DNA of 64,000 nt from Bythopirellula sp. (GCA_965216565.1 OZ244170.1:544001-608000), one strand, 5' to 3'; counted from the stretch's first letter, positions 7,810-16,160 are shown. A program made the numbers and translations. Notes: generated from the letters alone by a model not told the origin.

Positions 7810-9190
7810 ATTAGAAAGGTGGAAGCGGACGGTTTGGTTTGCAACCATAGGCTGCTGGCCCAAACTGTCCGAAAAGCCATGAAACCTTTGCGGGCACTGT
7901 GGAGCGACCGCAAGACCTCTTGTTGCCATGCAATGCTCCACCCAAATGTGCTGTCTGGCACACTTCGATGGAGCTACTCATTGCATCTTTCACGAACGAA
8001 AGCTGAAGCTACCCTGTAAGGGCACTCCAGGGCGTACACTTGGACGGGAAATCCCGTCGAGGCTTTCGTAGTTGTCTGTGCCAAATTGCTTTGGTACAGC
8101 ATCGGTTACCAGCCGAAGCGACAAACGAGCCAGCACTGCCTTGCACTGTAGGTTATGTTACCAACCTATGTGAGCCTTCGCTCACAGCATCGCTGATGGT
8201 CTTTACAGAACATCACTTCTACCGGAGTTACGACGGATCGCAACTCTCTTGCCTCACACTCCCCTTCTACAGCTTTTCGACATAAACATGTCTACTTCCA
8301 CCTCAATGACTAACTGAGGCACCGGAGGCTTAATTCCGGAGGCTATAGAAGTTCCCTGATTAGTCTCGAACATCAACATCTAGCTCACGTCGGTAAGCGG
8401 CATTGCCGCGATCCTTTCACCATGCGTTGCGTGCTGTCTGGCACGCTGCACTTTCCACCACGCACAGGGCGTGTCCACACTTCTCAGTGCAGTGAAGATT
8501 TCCCCTATCGAATCCACAAGCGTCGGGTATCGAAGGTGAAAGGGTTGTCCCAGTTCGGCTACTCGTCTTCTAGATGTCTCACGTGCAAGCGATTACTCGC
8601 CTTTCATGATTGAGCTTTTTGTCGCCCTGTTTCCAGGGTCGCCGCAGTTAGTCAAAACTGCGATACAATACATCACTGTACTGTAACTCCTCACGCACGC
8701 TGCGTTGCACCGTCCTTCAAGAGAAGGATTCAGGCCCCACAGACGGGATTTGAGAATGAATTCTTTCACCCGCTTTGTTCGCGACGGCCTCACACAACTA
8801 ATACAAAAGTTGTATAAGGTTTTTCTCAGTCGCCCTGATTCGTACAATTAGAAATGGGATAGAACGCTGGGATTACTCTTTTTGAGATTTACTTCAATAC
8901 AAATAAAGTAGAACAAAAAGGATTACTCCAGAACTGCAATGGGCAGCATTTTTCGAGCCTCCCTCGAACCGGATAAGCCAATCTCTTGGCCTTAATTGAG
9001 AACGAATTCTCAACGTTCGTCCGGCTCTACGGGCAACAGTGACGTGAATGGAAGCTACTCCATTCCCCTTAGCGTGGCTGGTAAGGGACACGTTTACCGG
9101 AAATCACTGCCCGTCCAAGTTACGCCTCTACAATGGCTGCATAGGCTATCTTCGCACATGCGAAGATTGAGGTGTTATGTAGGGAGTAAG
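7810..9190 (-). ncRNA. Large structured RNA, candidate circularly permuted group II intron (ORF-less)
   Basis: D5-like GAGCCGGA...TCCGGTTC (9027-8966), D6-like ends, GGGCG start (8835), Ic-like TAACTGC...CCCTG-GAAA-CAGGG...AAGC, EBS1/IBS1-like complementarity, many GNRA-capped hairpins on the minus strand. Confidence 0.65.
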
Positions 9191-9203
9191 CAGAAAGGTT
9201 GCA

Positions 9204-9566
9204 CTATTTCATGGGGACTGCTGGCCTACGTGTAAGGCGTTGCGTCCTTGGATCTACCATGATGCCAACTGATTCAAGAGCTGTACAACCAAGTATTGGC
9301 TCACAGTCATCGGGTCCGAATACCACAGTTGACCCGACTACTTCTCCCATGAACTCGATTCGAGCAGGTGCAGCATCGTAGGTCACTTGAGTTTCGTCTG
9401 CCAGTTCATAGGTACGTTGAGTTTGAGCTGTGAATCCAATTTCACGAAGCTTGTTGCCTGGTATCAGTGAATCAACAGAGCCAGTATCAACTAAAAATAG
9501 TTCTTCATAGAAACGATCTGGTTCAGCAGGATTTCTAACAAGTGCGGTTACATGTGTAAGTCCCAT
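9204..9566 (-). CDS. Clan AA (retropepsin-like) aspartic protease
   Basis: LVDTGS catalytic motif and ILGCTALE. Confidence 0.9.
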   Translation of the reverse strand: MGLTHVTALVRNPAEPDRFYEELFLVDTGSVDSLIPGNKLREIGFTAQTQRTYELADETQVTYDAAPARIEFMGEVVGSTVVFGPDDCEPILGCTALESVGIMVDPRTQRLTRRPAVPMK

Positions 9567-9765
9567 ACAGCAATAGTGTCACAAAGATTTGAAAAAGTCA
9601 CGCACATAGAGCACACGCCTCATGTGTAATGACATAACGGGCGAAATGTTGTCGGTGCGAAAGCGACATCCTTTTAGTTCAACGTTCATCGGAGCACGGC
9701 GATTGTGAGTGCTGGGGGTAATTCGCTCCAATCGCGGTGTTCCTCTTTTTACTTGGAGGGGGGGT

Positions 9766-10122
9766 ATGTCTACATCTGTTAAGAAAGAGGAAGCAATAGC
9801 CACACTAAAATCGGGGCCAGTCTCAATCAACGTGTTCAAAAAGAGTGGTGACTATGGTCACTATTTAGACAGTGGGCAATTATCATATCTCTACAAAGAT
9901 TCAGCTGGTGAGACTCGGTACTCTGAATACCTAAGGTCTCAACATTGGCTACACGGTGCCTTCTGTCTGCTTCAAGCCCACATTCTTCAGGTTACTTGGC
10001 AGGCATGTAGTAGTTCAAAAACAAATATGATCTCAACCATTCTCGATTGGGCGAAGCATTCACCAGCTGAGGAAGCCTCTGATTTCGAGATGAATACAGT
10101 AAAATTGCCGCCCCCTTACTAG
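9766..10122 (+). CDS. Small hypothetical protein, possible PC4/SSB-like; paralogue of 11659-11898
   Basis: GGAGG RBS; IATLKSGPVSINVF...LSYLYKD...RYSEYLR parallels EVRLGRVKAVAF...FSKLYKK...SSSFSR. Confidence 0.55.
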   Translation: MSTSVKKEEAIATLKSGPVSINVFKKSGDYGHYLDSGQLSYLYKDSAGETRYSEYLRSQHWLHGAFCLLQAHILQVTWQACSSSKTNMISTILDWAKHSPAEEASDFEMNTVKLPPPY

Positions 10123-10587
10123 AAGCGAGCAATTTCCGGTCTTAAGAAGAGAACACTCGGAGTGTTTTCTCCTGAGGAACGGTGTGCTTCCTTTGCTTTA
10201 AGGGTTGCGTCTCATCTGACTGATGGCAGACCACAGCGTTAAGCAGCTTTCCAACCGCAAGCTTAATCTGTAGGTGCTTCAGTATCACTTGGTGAACCAC
10301 GTCAAAGGTTTGGTTCCAAGTGTGACCATAGTGTGCGTGCTTGTGACCCGTTTTTTGGGCCCTCTAGCGTTTCATGCTCATGGAAGCATACCGACCTCTA
10401 CTATTTTTTGACTCACGAGCTGCTGCTCGTCGTTCTTTTTCATTGTTGGTTACGTGTAGATGTAACGCACGCGGTCCTTTGTGGAGTTGCTATTTCTACG
10501 GCTCCACTGAGGACCGGTAGTGCCCAAACCTCAACTGAAGGTTATTTCTTTCCATTAGTCATAGTGCTTCTAAGAAAGGAGTTTCTC

Positions 10588-11613
10588 ATGAATCTTGTGA
10601 AAGCAAGCCATGAGTTGTTTCGGCGAAAGCCGGATGAGCGATTCGAGTCACTCGACTCCCTAATTAGTCACTGCGAAAGCAGACGAGAAGGGGCAAGAGA
10701 ACTGTGGCAACCAAACAACACTGTTTCGGTTGTTACAAATGAAGGATCTCAATCGCTTCAGCTTCAAGTAGAGAGTGAACAGTTTCAGTTAAACGACTGG
10801 AGCTTCTCTCAGCTTTGTAAGCTACATGGTGTCGACAAAGACACGGTAAATCGCGTTTCTAAGAACACGGCGGCAAGTATCTTCCGAGATACGGCACCGT
10901 CGATGCGCAAGCCACTTCAAGTCTATACGGCTGGAAGTGTTGTGCATGCAGTTCATGGAACGGGATATAGCCGGTTATTCGACGCCGAGTTGTTAAATGT
11001 CGTCCGCGAAAGTGCTCCCAAGTTCCATCGCCCGCCTAAGGGATTTAATGGAGCGACAGGGTTGTACGCGGGCGAGCAGGATTGCTTTGCTTTTTTGATC
11101 GACCCCGATGGATGGGTCAATATCAACAATGAAGTGTTCGCCCCGGGATTCTTTGTATGGAATTCTGAGGTTGGACGCCGCAGCGTTGGCATTCAGACTT
11201 TTTGGTATCAACGTATATGTGCAAATCACATTGTTTGGGATGCCGTGGAAGTGTTTGAATTGAAGCGAAAGCATGCTGGAAACGTCCAGTTAATTCTGGA
11301 CGAGATTCGTGGTGCAATTGATTCTCTCGTAAAAAGATCCGATGAACGTCGCGATTCTTTTGCAAAGAGTATTCAAACCGCCATGCAGGTATCACTCGGC
11401 AAGGATGCTGAGGAAGTGTCAAAAGTTCTAAGAAGGCACGGCATTAGTCATAAACTGGTGGAACAAGCCCTTAAGCTTATTCCAGAAGAGAATGACTACT
11501 CTGTGTTTTCAGCTGTTGATGCACTAACGCGAATCGCTGGGCGTTATGAAAACGCTGGCGATCGCTCTGTTTTGGACCAAAAAGCAGCAAGTCTTCTGAC
11601 TCTGGCTGTCTAG
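10588..11613 (+). CDS. DUF932-family (phage/plasmid-like) protein
   Basis: AGGAG RBS; ELFRRKPDERF, GFFVWNSEVG, RICANHIVW, RKH motifs. Confidence 0.8.
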   Translation: MNLVKASHELFRRKPDERFESLDSLISHCESRREGARELWQPNNTVSVVTNEGSQSLQLQVESEQFQLNDWSFSQLCKLHGVDKDTVNRVSKNTAASIFRDTAPSMRKPLQVYTAGSVVHAVHGTGYSRLFDAELLNVVRESAPKFHRPPKGFNGATGLYAGEQDCFAFLIDPDGWVNINNEVFAPGFFVWNSEVGRRSVGIQTFWYQRICANHIVWDAVEVFELKRKHAGNVQLILDEIRGAIDSLVKRSDERRDSFAKSIQTAMQVSLGKDAEEVSKVLRRHGISHKLVEQALKLIPEENDYSVFSAVDALTRIAGRYENAGDRSVLDQKAASLLTLAV

Positions 11614-11658
11614 GTCCACTTTCATCTCTTTACTCTAGCACCAAGAAAGGTAGGTGCA

Positions 11659-11898
11659 GTGATGGCTACTAGTACAAAACCTAGCCATGAAGTACGTCTC
11701 GGTCGTGTTAAGGCCGTAGCGTTCCCTAACGAAACTGAGAACGGTATCCGACACGGGATTTCATTCTCAAAGCTCTATAAGAAGGACGACAAATGGGAAA
11801 GTTCTTCTAGCTTTAGCCGACAAGATTTGCCGTTATTGGCAAAAGTCGCTGACGAATTGCACACGCAATTGTATCGCGACAACGGTGAAGCTGAATGA
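11659..11898 (+). CDS. Small conserved mobile-element protein, possible PC4/SSB-like
   Basis: KPSHEVRLGRVKA...LYKKDDKWESSSSFSRQDLPLLAKVAD pattern; AAGGT RBS. Confidence 0.7.
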   Translation: MMATSTKPSHEVRLGRVKAVAFPNETENGIRHGISFSKLYKKDDKWESSSSFSRQDLPLLAKVADELHTQLYRDNGEAE

Positions 11899-11981
11899 GG
11901 TTCTTAGTTGAACCAAGGTTGGTTGAGGTAACAAAACGGGCACTACCGTCCTCAACCTTTTTCGCTTTTGGAGTGAGTTCT

Positions 11982-12404
11982 ATGGGACAATACAATTTCT
12001 ATAAGACTGGAGAGATTACAGACATTGCTGGTGAAATCATAGGAAACGTAACAGCTGGTGGAGACTTGAGTCTGAAAGATGAATCGATACGAAGCGATGT
12101 GCTACGAGACTTGCAATTCCAGGTAACAAATGACAACTCTTTTGAATGGACTGATGATTTGTTGTTTGCAGCAAACATGCCGGTTAAGGAGCGGTCGGGT
12201 GAGATACGTCTGGCTTGTATCCATTGTGACACGGATGAGGCGGATTGGATAAATGAGTTCCCTGAAGGCTGGGAAATCCTTGATGGTGTGCAGAGCTTGG
12301 AGGAATCGATGACGGTCTCACATCCAGATTCGTCCCAGTCACCGTGGGACTGGTATACGCATCTAGGCGTCTGCCCTTGCTGTAAGAAGAGAGAGCAATC
12401 CTAG
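11982..12404 (+). CDS. Hypothetical protein with CxxC...CxxC (possible Zn-binding)
   Basis: CIHC and WYTHLGVCPCC; GGAG RBS. Confidence 0.65.
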   Translation: MGQYNFYKTGEITDIAGEIIGNVTAGGDLSLKDESIRSDVLRDLQFQVTNDNSFEWTDDLLFAANMPVKERSGEIRLACIHCDTDEADWINEFPEGWEILDGVQSLEESMTVSHPDSSQSPWDWYTHLGVCPCCKKREQS

Positions 12405-12622
12405 ACGAGGGCTCCTCTTATCCGAGCCCAAGAAACTCCGGGAAATCTTCCGTAAAAACTCGTGCTTGATTGCTGGAACTGGTTGATAAATGCGGCTAGA
12501 ATAAAAGGCGACAATTCGATTTGATGCGTATCCACGCATAGCTCCCACCGAAATTGCGACCCGTGCTGTAGCACGGTTTTTCAGTGAGCAACTGTGTTGG
12601 TGACGCTCCCGTTCTGGGAGTG

Positions 12623-12638
12623 TGGCCTCTGCATTGCT
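12623..12638 (+). promoter_or_regulatory. Putative sigma54 (-24/-12) promoter of the PEP-CTERM gene
   Basis: TGGC-N7-TTGCT. Confidence 0.45.
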
Positions 12639-12703
12639 CTCTGGCTGTCGCAAGCCTCGGTGGGATGTATGCCCACTCCCTCTTGATTGCGAGGAGCGTC
12701 CTA

Positions 12704-13525
12704 ATGAGAGCTACTTTTTCTGCCGTTGGATTTTGTCTGGCCAGCCTGGCCTTCTTAAGCTGTCCGTCATCAGCTCACGCCACACTAGTTCTTGGCGGCG
12801 ACCCAATTGGGCCAGATAACACGCTGACAAACAATCGAGGTGCGATAACTTCTACACAAGAAGGTGCGTTGAACACTGGGCACGTTGGTGTGGTTCTAGA
12901 GTTGGCACAAGCAACGCAACTTGATTCTATTCGAGCGATTGTGTCTGCAATTCCCGAGACAAATTCTCCGTTATTCGATGATATTCGGTTCGACGTATAC
13001 GATTGGCGAGTGTCGATCTGGACAAAGTCAAACTTTTTTGCAGGTAGTGGACCTGAGTTCGTGGTTCCAATTGGTCAACCGCCAGGAATCACGTTTGCTC
13101 CCCCACTCCCAAATGGCGACGTTTTCCCAATTACTGTGTTCGGCAACTCTGGACCCGGTGGAAACAATGCAGACACCTTCGACTATCAGTGGGACGTGAG
13201 TTCAATCCCGCAGTTACAACTTGCAGCTGGTGATTGGGTTCTTGGGTTACAAAAGAGAGATTCAGGAATTGTTGAAGGAATCGCGAATATCTCGCGCTCT
13301 CTCGGTTCAGGATTACCAGCAGTATGGAGTTCTGATCCAACCGCGTTTAACTTCCCTCAAGGGTATGCGTTTGGAACGCCACCCAATGATACTGAACGCT
13401 GGGCGATTACTTTAACGGGTACAGCAGTACCTGAGCCATCGAGTTTTCTATTGTTTTCAGTTCTATCCTTCGGTCTTGCGACTAAGAGAATTAGAGAATG
13501 TCGTGGATGCTCAGACAAAGTCTGA
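12704..13525 (+). CDS. PEP-CTERM surface protein
   Basis: Signal peptide ending SSAHA; C-terminal VPEPSS + hydrophobic helix + KR. Confidence 0.9.
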   Translation: MRATFSAVGFCLASLAFLSCPSSAHATLVLGGDPIGPDNTLTNNRGAITSTQEGALNTGHVGVVLELAQATQLDSIRAIVSAIPETNSPLFDDIRFDVYDWRVSIWTKSNFFAGSGPEFVVPIGQPPGITFAPPLPNGDVFPITVFGNSGPGGNNADTFDYQWDVSSIPQLQLAAGDWVLGLQKRDSGIVEGIANISRSLGSGLPAVWSSDPTAFNFPQGYAFGTPPNDTERWAITLTGTAVPEPSSFLLFSVLSFGLATKRIRECRGCSDKV

Positions 13526-13617
13526 GCAGCAGTTCATTAGGCTGGAATGCTTAGGCTAGGGCAGATACAAGCCGATAGAGTTGGTGAACCAAGAGCTGAT
13601 ATCCTTTAAGGAGGCAT

Positions 13618-13836
13618 ATGACGAGGGTTAGAGAAATCGAAGATGAACAAGGTTCCACAATGGTTGAAGTGGCACTTGTGGTGGCACTGATCGCTCTTCT
13701 CGCATTGCCAAGCTTGTCGAACCTGGGAAACAAAGTAGCAGATACAATGTGCAGTGCTACAGGTGAAGGGATTATTCAGCAGAGTGGATACGCCTGGAAC
13801 GGCTCAGAGTGCAAGAAATCGGGCCTGGGGCTTTGA
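13618..13836 (+). CDS. Flp-family (type IVb) pilin
   Basis: DEQG/STMVE + hydrophobic helix; AGGAGG RBS. Confidence 0.8.
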   Translation: MTRVREIEDEQGSTMVEVALVVALIALLALPSLSNLGNKVADTMCSATGEGIIQQSGYAWNGSECKKSGLGL

Positions 13837-14005
13837 CCTTCCCTAGTATCGCCAATTGCAGTAGGCCTCCGGATGCTACAGTGCATTAGCTCATTCCGTA
13901 GCTGACACAACGCACTTGCCCTGCCCTCAAAGTACATTAAAATCTGGTCTGACCAAGAACATTGCGTCTTGCTTTTCCAAAGCCCATCTGATTCAGAGGG
14001 TCTCC

Positions 14006-15163
14006 ATGCTCCGCAGCTCGTTATTTCATTCGTTAGTGCTGGTTTCGGTCTCTTCTCTTATCAGCAGCTGTTGCCACGGACAAACCTCTAAACCTCCAAG
14101 GTCTGGCGAAGGCGGCCCTGGTCCTCACGGTCATGTGAAGTGGCAATCGACCGCGACCCCAAATCCGAATGAGCCAACTGGCTGGATATTTGGTCGCAGT
14201 GTTGCGAACCTCGTCACCGATAGAAACTGTTGGGTGAATTGGAAAGTTGGACAAATAAAAGGTCCCGTAAAGCCAACAGAGTCAGCTTCTTCAAAAGCTA
14301 ATGGGTATGGCCCCAGAGAAAGGGAAGGAATACTGCTTTTTGATGGTGGCCCTACTCCAGGTGACGGTGATACGAAAACAGACATCTGGGTGCCAAAGGG
14401 AGATTGCAAAACCGTATCCTGTTCGGCTGTAACCCATGTTGAAAATTCACTGACGGGAACTATTGAAACAATTCGTATTCAAGCTTCTTCTGTTGCCGAA
14501 AAAACAGAACGAGGACATCAGATCACCTATGAACTCGAGTTTGACATTCCCTTGGCAGAGAAATTCGACGCTGACAAACTAGCCATTAGGTGGGACTCAA
14601 TCTTATCCCCCGAATATACTCGTTCACTAAAGGCTGATCTTCGAGCACAAGCCGTATACCTTCCTACTGCTGCACTGCAAAACAAGACATGGTCTACTAG
14701 GTTCAGCACGACAGAACCGCTTGAGTATCGCAACGAGTCTATTCACATCCAATATGCGGGAGGACGACAATCTCGATGCTGGCTACCTGCAATTGCCCCT
14801 AAGAGAAAACTAAGAATACATTCCCTGAAACTACTCAACGGAGAAACTGCCGAAATAGTAATAGCAAATCTTTCTGACCGACCAATACGCCTTGAAAACT
14901 TTGCTCTCGTTAACGGAGGAAAAGAACACGCTCTTTCAGATTCAGGGGAAGTAATTCAAGGGGAAACTAAGAGAATCAGAATAAATAACTTTCCATTTAT
15001 TGGTTCTCCAATTTTCGGAGGACTACCTAATCGCCAGGAGAACCTCACGCAACTACTGCTTTATAACCACATGGACGGCCTCCTGCATCAAGTTCAATAT
15101 GAAGTAGATGGGGCGAAGCCTAGAGCCGAATTCATTTTTGACTCTGGAGGCAATGTCCAATGA
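14006..15163 (+). CDS. Secreted hypothetical protein, possible C-terminal lamin-tail-like domain
   Basis: N-terminal signal-like segment; EIVIANLSDRPIRLENFAL...VIQGET. Confidence 0.6.
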   Translation: MLRSSLFHSLVLVSVSSLISSCCHGQTSKPPRSGEGGPGPHGHVKWQSTATPNPNEPTGWIFGRSVANLVTDRNCWVNWKVGQIKGPVKPTESASSKANGYGPREREGILLFDGGPTPGDGDTKTDIWVPKGDCKTVSCSAVTHVENSLTGTIETIRIQASSVAEKTERGHQITYELEFDIPLAEKFDADKLAIRWDSILSPEYTRSLKADLRAQAVYLPTAALQNKTWSTRFSTTEPLEYRNESIHIQYAGGRQSRCWLPAIAPKRKLRIHSLKLLNGETAEIVIANLSDRPIRLENFALVNGGKEHALSDSGEVIQGETKRIRINNFPFIGSPIFGGLPNRQENLTQLLLYNHMDGLLHQVQYEVDGAKPRAEFIFDSGGNVQ

Positions 15164-15594
15164 CATGGATAAAGAAAGCAGCTGAGAACTTAGAAAAGGT
15201 CACGCCTTTTGTATCTTGTGCAATGGTTTACTTTGGCAATTGGCCTCAATTAGCGAAGGATCTAAAACTACCAGCGACGTTCTTCACACTGGTCCTTTCG
15301 ACCCTAATATCCATTATTGTTTTCTTCTCTTTGAAGGGACTTAGGAAAGGGCCTAAGCATAGAAAAAAAGCGGTACTGTTTTGCATCCTGCTCGCGTTGT
15401 TGATTGGCTTAAGCTTGTATTCGTATTATTATGTTGATGATGCTTGGAAAAGAGCTACCAATGACGACACCATACACTCACTTCGAGAATACGCACTTCC
15501 ATTTACCTATGGTGCATTTTGGGCCTGTACATTTGGGTTTTTTGGTACAGGAGTTTTGGCTCTTGGCAAAGAGTGTGATTGGTTTTCACAATGA
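15160..15594 (+). CDS. Hypothetical membrane protein
   Basis: ATGA overlap with upstream ORF; 3-4 hydrophobic segments. Confidence 0.65.
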   Translation: MTWIKKAAENLEKVTPFVSCAMVYFGNWPQLAKDLKLPATFFTLVLSTLISIIVFFSLKGLRKGPKHRKKAVLFCILLALLIGLSLYSYYYVDDAWKRATNDDTIHSLREYALPFTYGAFWACTFGFFGTGVLALGKECDWFSQ

Positions 15595-15647
15595 GGCCGA
15601 TGCAATTGATTAACCTGAATGGCAATCCATTTAACTGATGCCTCATG

Positions 15648-15851
15648 TTACTCCTCAGCATCGTCATCATCTTTTGGAGGATAAACAAGCCAAAAAATGC
15701 CAACCCCCAAAGTAAACAAGGACAGAAAAAACAGCGGATTGTACCATGGGGGAAGCATTGTGCTCATCCAGTAAATTCCAGTTCCCATTAGCATCCAGTG
15801 CCAACCGTAGTGCTTCCCAAGAAGTGCGTTGCAAAACTCATTCTTATTCAT
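15648..15851 (-). CDS. Small two-TM membrane protein
   Basis: AAGGAGG RBS; two hydrophobic stretches, acidic tail. Confidence 0.6.
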   Translation of the reverse strand: MNKNEFCNALLGKHYGWHWMLMGTGIYWMSTMLPPWYNPLFFLSLFTLGVGIFWLVYPPKDDDDAEE

Positions 15852-16076
15852 AAAAACCTCCTTTCTACATCGACCTCTTGGAAGTCGCCCGCAAAGGGCT
15901 GGAGCTCCAACAAACGATGCATTGTGGCCCATTTTGGCTCACAGGAGGAATAACCTTTGTCTCATTCTGGCTAGTTTGTCATAACAACGGCGAAGAACCA
16001 AATCTCTTTCAGTTGTTCTTCTATAGCCCCCTAGTAACCCAGCTGAAAGAACAATCATTCGCAGAGATTTCCTCTG

Positions 16077-16160
16077 CCTTCGTCGGCCATGTCGTCGTCG
16101 GGGTTCGCCCAGGCGGGCCGGAGGCCTTATAGCCCCGACGACGATGTGGTCGTAAGAAGG
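16077..16160. repeat. GC-rich long inverted repeat downstream of repA
   Basis: TCGTCGTCGGGG (16092-16103) / CCCCGACGACGA (16133-16144) perfect, extendable imperfectly. Confidence 0.8.

Noticed and set aside
7817..8303. tmRNA-like end (CGCTTCCACC on the minus strand)
   Set aside because: No T-arm GTTCRA, no GGGG 5' end and no tag ORF; explained as a closing helix of the large RNA.
7807..9235. Short ORFs in the track across the structured region
   Set aside because: No RBS or recognisable motifs; they overlap on both strands; dense base-pairing indicates RNA.
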